From an uncultured Bacilli bacterium (lineage in GTDB: Bacteria > Bacillota_I > Bacilli_A > RFN20 > CAG-826), in the NCBI GenBank assembly GCA_944350425.1, contig CALVOX010000002.1:83649-147648 (forward strand): a stretch of 64,000 nucleotides of DNA. The letters are read 5' to 3'. Within the stretch, counting starts at the first letter, position 1, and each line of letters starts with the position of its first letter. Shown here piece by piece: positions 19,715-29,282 of this stretch. Under the pieces are notes generated by a model, which worked only from the letters and a program-made list of their open reading frames with translations, ran no database searches and had not been told where the DNA came from. A program made the translations under genes and the position numbers.

Positions 19715-20626
19715 TTAATAATTATAGAATGTCTTATGAATAGAATTAATTAGTAGTAAATCAAAACTATTAATGATATAAGCATCATATAGTTCTTTTA
19801 ATGATAATATATCGTTATTTTCTATGTTATAACCATATATCTCACGATATTCATCATTAAAAGTAAAGGTAAAGGTAGAAACTTTATATTTACTAGCTAC
19901 TTCATTATTTAACCTTAAATCATTATAACTAGTAATATATTCATTATTTACTAGTTCTACTAATAAATAAGAATTATATGTACCATAATAATTAATAAAT
20001 AATGTATCTTCTTTCTTAACATTAAATTCATTATCATAGATTGAAATAATATCATCTAAATTAGGTCTAGATATGAAACCATAATTTAAAATGTTATCTT
20101 TAGAAGTAGGTGTTTTAATATTATCAAGTAAATATTCATCAATATAATCTTGGTAATAGATATTAAACAAATTATTTATTTGTTTAATATCTTCTTTAGT
20201 TAATATCCCTTCTCCAAATGCTTCTTTTAAACTTAAAGTTAATCCATCAGCATTAACTTTAGGTAAGGGATTAACATTAGCTGAAGTGATAAAACTAATC
20301 TCATTATCAAAAAAACTAACTACTTCATAATCTTCATATGATGGTCTAGGGAATTCATCATTACTATTATAAGTTACATCATAAACAGTAACATTATTAT
20401 ATAGATAAGAATTAAAATAACCATAGATATGATTAATTCCATAAGTTATTTTATAACTTGTTCCTTTATCATTATTTGAACTAACTTCTTTATCTTTAAT
20501 ACCGATTAATGTATCGAATTTATTAGAATCTAATCCAAAATAAATCTTATTATTAGTATCGTTTGAACATGATACTAATAATAAACCTAAAGATAGAAAT
20601 GATAGTAGTTTAGTATTAAAATTCAT
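19715..20626 (-). CDS. Lipoprotein with internal duplication
   Basis: Start MNFNTK (GGAGAG RBS), lipobox LVSC. Repeated YGxxNSYL...LSLKE(A/L)...I segments. Confidence 0.7.
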   Translation of the reverse strand: MNFNTKLLSFLSLGLLLVSCSNDTNNKIYFGLDSNKFDTLIGIKDKEVSSNNDKGTSYKITYGINHIYGYFNSYLYNNVTVYDVTYNSNDEFPRPSYEDYEVVSFFDNEISFITSANVNPLPKVNADGLTLSLKEAFGEGILTKEDIKQINNLFNIYYQDYIDEYLLDNIKTPTSKDNILNYGFISRPNLDDIISIYDNEFNVKKEDTLFINYYGTYNSYLLVELVNNEYITSYNDLRLNNEVASKYKVSTFTFTFNDEYREIYGYNIENNDILSLKELYDAYIINSFDLLLINSIHKTFYNY

Positions 20627-21989
20627 ATAACTCTCCATTATTTAAATATGCTTTATAATCATTATAAGATAGATTAATAATTCCATTAATTACTTGCGTT
20701 TCTTTTACGTAATATAAACCATCAATTAGTTCATAACCTTCATAAATTGGAACATTTCTTGATAAAGTGTTAGGTCCAACAACAAATCCCATCTCTGCTC
20801 TTCCTTCACAAAGTAAGCATGTGGCATATCTATTTCCATCATCAAAAGCTCCACCAGCAACAACATGTCCTGACTTCATTTTTGCACCACATTCGCAAAT
20901 CGAATAATGGTATTTCGTATCAATATATTCATAAGAATCGCTATAATCGTGTTTATAATGAATGATTTTAGAAGCATCTAAAATTCCTCCGGTTGAACAA
21001 TAATTTGTAAGTGAAGAAACTTTAGAAGCAGAAGAAAGGATAATGTTTTTTACTTCTTTAGTCGTTAAATCTGGATATTCAGAAAGTAATGAAGCAGCTA
21101 CACCAACAACATGAGGTACTGCAAATGAAGTTCCTTCGTAAACATAATAAGAAGAATAATCATACGAACAAATAGATGGGACGTCACATCCTGGAGCAAA
21201 AATATCTACAACATTTTTTCCATAATTTGAATCAACCCATTTTGATTTACTACTTGTTGTTGCTCCAACAACAATCATATTATCAGTATTATATTCAGCA
21301 GGATAATAATTAATACTTGAACTATCTAAATCGAGTCCATAATTACCTGCAGAGGTTACAAATAGGCCTGGAAAATTCTCGATTGCTTCTTTTTCTGCTT
21401 CGTTATAAGTATTAAGCCCGCCAATACTATAATTTATAATGTCCACTTTATTTGAGGAACAATAATTAATCGCATCAACCAACTCATCACTATTAAAAGC
21501 TATATCCCCTTCACTATTATAGTGCCCACAAGCGACTGAAATAATCTCAACATTAGGGGATATTCCTGAGATTAATTTCGAGTTATTTGTTTTTGCTGCA
21601 ATTATTCCACTAATTGCTGTCCCATGATAAGTATCAATTCCTGAATTGAATGGTTTAAAAAAATCTGAAAAACTTATTGAAGTAGTTAAATTAATTCCGA
21701 CTGGAGAATCAGGATTTTTATTATCTATTCCTGCATCAATAATTGCTACTTTAATGTCCACATCACTTTTATTTAAATCAAAAACTTCTTTATAATTAAT
21801 TTGATCTAAATTCCATTGCAATGAATAGTAGGGATCATTCGGTTTAGCCTCGCTCAAGACATTTAAATTATTTACTGCTCTACCTATTTCATTTTTATCT
21901 TGAACGCGAAAAGCATCTTTTTCATTTACCGTTTTTACAGTTAATGATGTCAATAATGGTAAAATTGATAATCCACTTAATAAATTCAT
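20616..21989 (-). CDS. Secreted S8 (subtilisin-like) serine peptidase
   Basis: Catalytic D (IIDAG), H (HGT), oxyanion N (SAGN) and S (GTSFAVP). Cys/His-rich C-terminal tail. Confidence 0.9.
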   Translation of the reverse strand: MNLLSGLSILPLLTSLTVKTVNEKDAFRVQDKNEIGRAVNNLNVLSEAKPNDPYYSLQWNLDQINYKEVFDLNKSDVDIKVAIIDAGIDNKNPDSPVGINLTTSISFSDFFKPFNSGIDTYHGTAISGIIAAKTNNSKLISGISPNVEIISVACGHYNSEGDIAFNSDELVDAINYCSSNKVDIINYSIGGLNTYNEAEKEAIENFPGLFVTSAGNYGLDLDSSSINYYPAEYNTDNMIVVGATTSSKSKWVDSNYGKNVVDIFAPGCDVPSICSYDYSSYYVYEGTSFAVPHVVGVAASLLSEYPDLTTKEVKNIILSSASKVSSLTNYCSTGGILDASKIIHYKHDYSDSYEYIDTKYHYSICECGAKMKSGHVVAGGAFDDGNRYATCLLCEGRAEMGFVVGPNTLSRNVPIYEGYELIDGLYYVKETQVINGIINLSYNDYKAYLNNGELYEF

Positions 21990-22082
21990 TTTTTGCCTCC
22001 TATATTTTTCTTTATTCTAGAAAAAAAGAAAAAATATCGGCAAGAAACGAATCATGTCATATGTCTCTATTTCGTAGCAATC

Positions 22083-23126
22083 TTAAAAATTTGAAACAAA
22101 AGATGAAAAATTAAATTTTTCATAGTTAAGTTTTGGTAAATCGTGTTCGAATTTATTAATCGATAAAGTTGTTTCGCATTTAAAAATCGTTGGAATTTCT
22201 TCTCCTAAAAGATAACCGAATCTTGAAAAAGAAGCTTGAAAACTCATTCCGCTTGCATAATCGGCATAAATTCCAGACTCATCATTTGACCTAAAATAAT
22301 CAAATTTAAAGGATGGACAAAAATTAGGATTTAATTTGGTTTTTATGCTTGGTGAGTTAATTAATGCCTTGTATGATAAGCTGAATTGATTACATTCAAT
22401 ACTTTCGTTCATTGAATTTCCTTCAATATAAATTTTATTATCTTTTCTAGTAACTACTTCAGTTGGTAAATAACCAACTAGCGGGATAAATTCATTATTT
22501 TTATCAATCGTAAAAGATAGATAATCTATTCTAGAATTTTCGTTTGCTGCAATTGTTGCAAAGTTAGCAAATAAATATTCCCCGCCAATATTTGAAACAT
22601 TGGATTTAAATAGGTAATTTTGAAGAAAAAGATAACCATAGTTGTTGTTATACCCATCGAGTGAAATGCAATTAGCTCTTGTTTGAGCTAAGTCCCGATT
22701 TGAACCAATGTTAAATTGATGTTCAAGATCTCTTAAACCATATGGAGGATTTTCAGCTGTAATGATTAAATTAATCAACAATTCATGAACTTTGCGAGGT
22801 GTGGAAAAATTAGTTGCAAAAATATCGCCCAATATTTCTTCATCTTCATTAACCCATCTAAAATCACCGAATTTAATTAGAGTTACCTCATCACTCTTTG
22901 AAGCGTTATTATTTTGATTTTCTTCAAGAAAATCAAAATAATATATATTTATATTTAAGTCTACATGTCTACTATTATAGCCATATGTTCCATCTTCTCG
23001 TAAAAGCATTTCTTTTAAATCAGAAACGTCAAACTTTAAACCGTTTTTCCTAGAATCTTCATTTTGACAACTACAAAGAGAAAATAGCGTAATAGCAAAC
23101 AAACAAAGAACTCTATTTCTTTTCAT
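22083..23126 (-). CDS. Lipoprotein, unknown function
   Basis: Lipobox LCSC. Contains an in-frame CGG at codon 144. Confidence 0.7.
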   Translation of the reverse strand: MKRNRVLCLFAITLFSLCSCQNEDSRKNGLKFDVSDLKEMLLREDGTYGYNSRHVDLNINIYYFDFLEENQNNNASKSDEVTLIKFGDFRWVNEDEEILGDIFATNFSTPRKVHELLINLIITAENPPYGLRDLEHQFNIGSNRDLAQTRANCISLDGYNNNYGYLFLQNYLFKSNVSNIGGEYLFANFATIAANENSRIDYLSFTIDKNNEFIPLVGYLPTEVVTRKDNKIYIEGNSMNESIECNQFSLSYKALINSPSIKTKLNPNFCPSFKFDYFRSNDESGIYADYASGMSFQASFSRFGYLLGEEIPTIFKCETTLSINKFEHDLPKLNYEKFNFSSFVSNF

Positions 23127-23591
23127 AGAAGACCTCTTTGATAACTAAATAAACTAAAAAGATAATTAACAATATATCAAAATAAAATAAGCAATTAAAT
23201 AAAATTTGACCAAAGGTTGAAAAATCAATAAACCGCCATGCCCATGAGCTTCTTTTATAAAAAATTAATGGATTTAAATTAGCGTAAAGAAAAACATACC
23301 AAAAGAAATTTCTGCTAATATCAAAAAAATACATATGAGTAATATTTTAAAAGATCTCTTATCTAATTTAATATAATAGCATTCCATTCCATATATTAAA
23401 TAATCAAGACTAACATTATATTTAGAAACAATTGCATCTAAAAGGTCAAGGCTAACTCCGCCATTACCATTTTCTACTTTTGAAATAACTTGCCTAGATA
23501 TATTTAAACTTTCCGCAAATGTTACTTGGGTTAAATTATTTTTTACTCTAATATCTTTAATTCTTTTTCCGATTTCTTCTTCATTAATCAT
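23113..23591 (-). pseudogene. XRE-family HTH regulator with membrane domain, apparently frameshifted near 23275
   Basis: HTH (IGKRIKDIR..LTQ..FAESL..SRQVISKVENG..VSLDYLIYG) plus a TM helix ends at TAA 23274. The overlapping frame continues NPLIFY...second TM. Confidence 0.65.
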
Positions 23592-23715
23592 AAAGTTAAA
23601 ACTCTATAATAATTATAAAACAGAAGATATTTTTAATATACTATAATTAAAAATTATATAATGATTACTCAAATATTTATTGAAAATCTTTAAAACATAA
23701 TAATATTAGTGTAAT

Positions 23716-23753
23716 AAAAGGGGCTGTTAGAAAAATAAATTTCTAACAGCCTC
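23716..23753 (-). terminator. Intrinsic terminator of gene 23786-26668
   Basis: GGCTGTTAGAAA...TTTCTAACAGCC hairpin. Confidence 0.7.
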
Positions 23754-23785
23754 TAATAATAGTAATAATAATTTAAATAATATAA

Positions 23786-26668
23786 CTAATGTACATTAAT
23801 AGTAGAAAGTTCAGAACCTTCTTTTACATAGATCTTAGTAGTATGATCAAACATAGCATAACTTGCTTCATCAATATTTAATGTAGCTTTATATGTTCCA
23901 TCATCATAAACATAAATTTGATAATAAAATCTACCTTCAACTTGTTCTCCGTTATCAACAAATTTAACGTTAGTTAATGTTAATGTTGCATCATAGTTAT
24001 ATGAAGTTGTACTTGTATCACCTACAACAATTGCACTATAAGGAACAGCATTACCTGAACCCCAGTCTCCATCTAAATAAAGTTCATCTCCACTATAAGT
24101 ATGACTATGAGCAATAGTTGAATCGCTAATAGTAACATTACCACCTCTTACAATAAGACTTTGTTTTGTTCCTTCAATATAAGAGTTATTTTTAATATTA
24201 ACATTAGCATTAACGGTTACTAACATTGCCATTGAATCTTTTGTACCTGCTGTATCTGAACTTCCATCGGTAATAATCTTACTATTATCGATGTTGATAT
24301 TAACATTAGTAACTTTTTCGCCTAAAGTTGCATTTGTACCAATAGCAGTTGAACCAGCTTTTATAGTTGAATCAATAATGTTTAAAATTGAATCTTTGCT
24401 GCTAATACCAATTGCTGTGGTTTTTGCTTCAAGAGTTATATTCTCGAGTGTTAATTCTCCACCTGTAAAACTTTCATCTGTATTCTTACCCATATAAGCA
24501 AAGCCAAGATCACTTTTCGAGATAATTGTTCCGTTTTTAAAAGTAACTTTGCTTCCTTGACTTACAAATAATCCAAAACTATTGGCGTTACTAATTGTCA
24601 AAGTATTACCATCTAAATCGATAACTTTTTCGCAAGCTAACAATTTGTTATCAGGGGTTAAAGTGGTGAGTGAAAAATTTCCGTTTAACTTAAAATACTT
24701 ACCTGTACTGCTAGTAAACATATTTTGAGGTTGTGAAGTCCATCCTTTTGTATTAACAATTAACGGATCTTCAGCAGTATTAGAACCTCCGGCAAATGTG
24801 ATATTTGAACCTTTTACAGATGATAAATTATTAACTTCTCCATTATCATTTAAATATAATTTTGAATAATATACCCCATTATGATATACGTTTTCTTGTG
24901 GCTCTTTATCTAAAATATTAATAATTGAATGATCATTTTTACAAATATTTGTTTCGTCAAATTGACTTAATGTTGTTGAATCAATATTTAATGTAGCGTT
25001 ATATTCATCACTTTCGCCAAACATATAAATATCATATGGTTCAGTTCTAGCGGCTCTAGTAGTTGTTTCTCCTTCACCTTCACTAGGTTTAATATCTGTT
25101 CTTACATAACTGACATTTTTCATTGTTAAAGATGCAGGACCTGGGTAAGCGCTTGTTGATTTATCGCCAATAACAATGCCAGCTGTTGCGACTCTATTTC
25201 CGTCACCATATTTATTACCATAATGATGAGGATCATCATTAAATGTTGGATCGGTATCATCTGTTGGATTATAGAAATAACCAGCTTCATATTCTAATTT
25301 AACATTATCTAATGTAACATCACCTGCTCTAACTATTAAAGCTTGTCTTTGACCTTTAATAGTTGAATTAGAAATATTAACTGTCGCAGGAATATTAACC
25401 ATAAATCCTGCGTTATCATGAAGAGCTGCCTCAGCAATAAAAGATGAATTAGTAATATCTATATTGACGTTTTCGATTTGATCATCTTTAAATAATGATG
25501 CATTAGTTGAAAATGGCATGACGCTATCTTTAATATTAACACCATCCATCTTAATGTTAATATTTTTAACTTCATCAACACCTTGATTTGCTCCTGGACC
25601 AACAACTATTCCAAAAGAATTAATATCGATGTTTTCAAGTGTTAAATCTGCATCATTATAAACAAATAATCCACCATTAGAACCAATTGTTCCATTCTTT
25701 ATAGAAACAGAAGAACCATCTAAAGCGGTTAATGCTTCGCTAGAATTTAAAGTTTTTTCACTTAAATCAAGAACAATATTTTTATCTTTATTGTTAGTTC
25801 CAACTAATAGAGTAGAAACTGTTAAACTATCTCCTTCAACACCACTCAATGAGAAATACATTGTTTCTTCATCTTGCTGAGCAGAAGCAATTTGTGATAA
25901 TTGATCAGCAGTTTTAATAATTAAAGGATCATTTTCTTCACCAGTACCATCTTCAAATTTAGGAGCATCTTCTACTTTGCTATTTAAATCAGGAACAAAT
26001 TCACCTACTGCGTTAAAAGTACCTAAATATCTAGTACCATCGACATAAGCACTATCGCCTAATTCACTTAAATTTTTGAAAGAAGCTGCAATTACATATC
26101 CTCCTTCTTTCATGGTAATAGATTCTGAAACAACAACGTTTGTTGTTTCATCTAAAGTAAATGTTAAAGATGAAGTATTACCATCTTTATCAACTACTTC
26201 TAATTTATCTAAATAATATCCGCTATTTGGATATGCATTAACTGTAAATGTAGTACCAACTACTCCACTACCAATAGATGTCGTTAAATATCCGCCTTCA
26301 GTTGGTAGAACTGTATTTGACCAGGCAGTGTGTCCGTTTGAACCAGAACTACCAGATGAACCATCTTCTCCATCTTCGCCTTTAATATTCATTACTAAAG
26401 TCCAAGTACCATTTTCTTTTTGATAAAGATCACCTGTTTTAGAATCGATATAAATATCAGAATCTTTTCCTAAAGTATCTTCTGGTTTACCTTCTCCAGT
26501 TAAAATTAATGAGCCATCTTGTCCATCTTCACCATTTTCTCCAGCAGGACCTTGAGGACCTTCTGGACCAATTGGACCTTGTTCACCTTGATTATTACAA
26601 GAAGTTATGCCCATACCGACGATTGAGCATAAAGCAAATAAACTTAAAAATAATTTCTTTTTTTGCAT
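23786..26668 (-). CDS. Surface lipoprotein, collagen-like + two GLUG/beta-helix modules (family member C)
   Basis: Same N-terminus as members A and B. Two modules, each with (G/S)TNA, QxLIVRxG and GNxVxxxxIVxGD motifs, also present in module 1 of member A. Confidence 0.85.
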   Translation of the reverse strand: MQKKKLFLSLFALCSIVGMGITSCNNQGEQGPIGPEGPQGPAGENGEDGQDGSLILTGEGKPEDTLGKDSDIYIDSKTGDLYQKENGTWTLVMNIKGEDGEDGSSGSSGSNGHTAWSNTVLPTEGGYLTTSIGSGVVGTTFTVNAYPNSGYYLDKLEVVDKDGNTSSLTFTLDETTNVVVSESITMKEGGYVIAASFKNLSELGDSAYVDGTRYLGTFNAVGEFVPDLNSKVEDAPKFEDGTGEENDPLIIKTADQLSQIASAQQDEETMYFSLSGVEGDSLTVSTLLVGTNNKDKNIVLDLSEKTLNSSEALTALDGSSVSIKNGTIGSNGGLFVYNDADLTLENIDINSFGIVVGPGANQGVDEVKNINIKMDGVNIKDSVMPFSTNASLFKDDQIENVNIDITNSSFIAEAALHDNAGFMVNIPATVNISNSTIKGQRQALIVRAGDVTLDNVKLEYEAGYFYNPTDDTDPTFNDDPHHYGNKYGDGNRVATAGIVIGDKSTSAYPGPASLTMKNVSYVRTDIKPSEGEGETTTRAARTEPYDIYMFGESDEYNATLNIDSTTLSQFDETNICKNDHSIINILDKEPQENVYHNGVYYSKLYLNDNGEVNNLSSVKGSNITFAGGSNTAEDPLIVNTKGWTSQPQNMFTSSTGKYFKLNGNFSLTTLTPDNKLLACEKVIDLDGNTLTISNANSFGLFVSQGSKVTFKNGTIISKSDLGFAYMGKNTDESFTGGELTLENITLEAKTTAIGISSKDSILNIIDSTIKAGSTAIGTNATLGEKVTNVNINIDNSKIITDGSSDTAGTKDSMAMLVTVNANVNIKNNSYIEGTKQSLIVRGGNVTISDSTIAHSHTYSGDELYLDGDWGSGNAVPYSAIVVGDTSTTSYNYDATLTLTNVKFVDNGEQVEGRFYYQIYVYDDGTYKATLNIDEASYAMFDHTTKIYVKEGSELSTINVH

Positions 26669-26694
26669 AAGTAAAACCCCTTTTCGATGCTTTA

Positions 26695-26725
26695 ATTCTA
26701 ATCATAAAAAAAAAAAAAAAAACAA
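26695..26725 (-). promoter_or_regulatory. Promoter with poly(T)17 in spacer: TTGTTT-19bp-TAGAAT
   Basis: A17 at 26706-26722 on +. On - it reads TTG-T17-ATGAT-TAGAAT upstream of ATG 26668. Confidence 0.65.
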
Positions 26726-26791
26726 GGGTGGTAGCTAGTTTGGAAGATAAATGATACTTTTTTGAGACAATATAATGAGATATTTATTTAC

Positions 26792-27268
26792 TTATTTAAT
26801 TAATGAATCAAGTACCTTAATCATATTTAAAGCATCTTCTTTAGCTCTAACTTTGTCATTAGCATAAATAATAATACCTTCTTCATTAATTAAATAAGTA
26901 GTTCTTACTATTCCCATATATTTTTTACCATACATTGATTTTTCTTTATAGACATCGTAATCTTTTAACATATTAGTTGATTCATCACTTAAAAGAGTAA
27001 ATGGAAGATTATATTTAGATTTAAAATTAATATGAGATTTAACTCCATCTTTACTTACTCCAATAACTATAACGTTATAGTTATTAACTAATGTATCATA
27101 ATTATCTTTATAATTAAGTGCTTCTAAGGTGCATCCACTAGTATTATCTTTTGGATAAAAATAAAGAATTATCTTTTTATTTAATTTTAATAATGAAGAA
27201 AGTGAAACTTCTTCATTATTATCATTTAATAACTTAAATTCTTTAGCTTTACTACCTACTTCTAACAT
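26792..27268 (-). CDS. bcp: Peroxiredoxin (BCP/PrxQ)
   Basis: YFYPKDNTSGCTLEA, GVSKD, RTTYLI. Confidence 0.9.
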   Translation of the reverse strand: MLEVGSKAKEFKLLNDNNEEVSLSSLLKLNKKIILYFYPKDNTSGCTLEALNYKDNYDTLVNNYNVIVIGVSKDGVKSHINFKSKYNLPFTLLSDESTNMLKDYDVYKEKSMYGKKYMGIVRTTYLINEEGIIIYANDKVRAKEDALNMIKVLDSLIK

Positions 27269-27309
27269 ATCTAATTATTATTACCTTTCTTATTATTTAA
27301 TATTATTAA

Positions 27310-28029
27310 TTATAAATTATTCTCCTTTATTATCTTATTAACTACATTAATTAATTCACTAAGTGAATTAATTCTATATCTAGTATTATCTATATTACCA
27401 AACCCATAAGAAGCATATATAAAGTAAGATGAATCTACTTTTAATGTTTCTATTTCATCTTTTTTAGTATCACCAATATAAATAATATGTTTAATATTAT
27501 ATTTATCTTTTAATATTTTTAAATTTTCATGCTTATCTTTTAAAGTATCTCCTGCACATAAATGATCTAAAAATATATTATTTAGATTAAATAAATATAA
27601 ATAATTTTCAATATAACCTTTTTCAGCATTTGATACTAAAAATAGATTAAAGTATTTATTTAACTCTTTTAATACATCTATTTCATTATCATATAGTTTA
27701 GGTATAAGATGTTCGTTATTATTTTTAATATAATCTATTTCATCTTTTACCATCTCTTTAAAGATATTTAATCCTTCTATTTCATTAAATTTATCATTAA
27801 ATAATAGTTTTACTGTCTCTAGTGGTGTTAACCCCATAAATGATTTAACTTCATTTAAATCTACATATTTTGCTATATTTAATCTTTTAAAAGTAAGATT
27901 ATATGATTTAGTAAGTAAAGTCGTAGCATCCCATAAAGTACCATCTAAATCAAAAAATAATGCTACTTCATTACTTTCTTTATAATTTTTAGTTATATTA
28001 TTCTTATTATTAATATTATCTAATTCCAT
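27310..28029 (-). CDS. HAD-family hydrolase
   Basis: FDLDGTLWD, LVSN, YIGDT..D, YASYGFG. Confidence 0.85.
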   Translation of the reverse strand: MELDNINNKNNITKNYKESNEVALFFDLDGTLWDATTLLTKSYNLTFKRLNIAKYVDLNEVKSFMGLTPLETVKLLFNDKFNEIEGLNIFKEMVKDEIDYIKNNNEHLIPKLYDNEIDVLKELNKYFNLFLVSNAEKGYIENYLYLFNLNNIFLDHLCAGDTLKDKHENLKILKDKYNIKHIIYIGDTKKDEIETLKVDSSYFIYASYGFGNIDNTRYRINSLSELINVVNKIIKENNL

Positions 28030-28238
28030 CTTTATTATTCTTCCTTACAACTACCTTAGTTTTATAAGTATATCAATTTTTTTATATTTAATGCACCAAA
28101 ACAATTTATAAGTAATCTTATTAAACATATATACTTTATAAACTCCTAAAAATATAAAGTGTATTCTCTATATATAAATAAATAGGACTAGATAATTCTA
28201 GTCCTATTTATATTTGTTACTTAATTGTTTTATTAATA

Positions 28239-29135
28239 CTATTTAGATAAATATGTTATTTCACAATCAAATGGATATTTAGAATCATCGGTTTTAATTA
28301 TTTCTTTAATCTTTCCATTATTCATAATTATCTTACCACTTCTTACATTTTTAATTGATTCAATATCTCCATTAATACTTGCATCTACATCGCTATATTC
28401 AAAAGATAAATCAGTATCAATCATCTCTGAATTAATAAGTTTTAAGTTATTAGCATAACATAATGGTTGAGTACCAATAATCTTACAATTAATAAATGTA
28501 AGATTATTTGAATACCATCCTAAATATTCTCCTTTAATAACACTATTTCTTACAATAACATTATTTGTATGCCAAAAAGCATCTTTCGTGTCTAAAATAG
28601 AATTATTTATTTCTAAATTATTGATATATTGAAAAGAATATTTACCTTTAAAGTTAATATTGTCTAACTTTATATTATTTCCTTCAAAGAAGAGATATTC
28701 TCCTTCAATCGTTAAATTAGTTCCTTTTATATTGGAAGATTTCCATCCAAATTCATTTGAAGATATTTCTAGATTTTCTAAAACAATATCTTCACATTCT
28801 CTAATTCCTTTAATTCCAAGTAATTTAGAATCTTTAATTACTATATTTTTAGAGTACCATAAAGAAGCTCTAGTATTTACACTCAAAGTAGTATCTTTTA
28901 TTAATAAATCTTCATCATGCCATAAAGGATAACGAAGATCTAAAAAAGAAGATAAAAGAATAATCTTTTTACATTCTTTTAAAGCACTTTCTCCATCTTC
29001 ATCTCCTTCAATACGAATATTATTTAAAATGGTTTTATTTAAACCATAAAGAGCTCTTTCTTCGCCATATCTTTTATTTTCGATCAAATTAAATTCTTTT
29101 TTATATTTTTCTAAATCTTTTATATCTAGCATCAT
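28239..29135 (-). CDS. DUF3737-family beta-helix protein
   Basis: ERALY, DGESALKE, RYPLWH, KDAFWH, GEYLGWYS, GTQPLCY, DLSFEYS. Confidence 0.8.
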   Translation of the reverse strand: MMLDIKDLEKYKKEFNLIENKRYGEERALYGLNKTILNNIRIEGDEDGESALKECKKIILLSSFLDLRYPLWHDEDLLIKDTTLSVNTRASLWYSKNIVIKDSKLLGIKGIRECEDIVLENLEISSNEFGWKSSNIKGTNLTIEGEYLFFEGNNIKLDNINFKGKYSFQYINNLEINNSILDTKDAFWHTNNVIVRNSVIKGEYLGWYSNNLTFINCKIIGTQPLCYANNLKLINSEMIDTDLSFEYSDVDASINGDIESIKNVRSGKIIMNNGKIKEIIKTDDSKYPFDCEITYLSK

Positions 29136-29153
29136 AATTTACTTTTCGAAAAC

Positions 29154-29184
29154 ATATTAATACCTAAACTTAAGTTTAGGTCAA
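29154..29184 (-). promoter_or_regulatory. MerR-type promoter (19-bp spacer) with perfect dyad ACCTAAACTTAAGTTTAGGT
   Basis: TTGACC(29184-29179)-19bp-TAATAT(29159-29154), with the palindrome at 29162-29181. Confidence 0.8.
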
Positions 29185-29282
29185 GATGTTATTTTAATTT
29201 ATTTTTATCTTACTCTTAATCCTTAACAAAATAAATTAATATACATAAGACTTTTCCTTTACTTTATGCTAATATTTTTAAC

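Noticed and set aside
3553-26668. Invertible shufflon driven by XerC for the lipoprotein family
   Set aside because: All three genes are complete, co-oriented and have their own promoters. No inverted recombination sites were seen, and xerC lies in its housekeeping topA-trmFO context.
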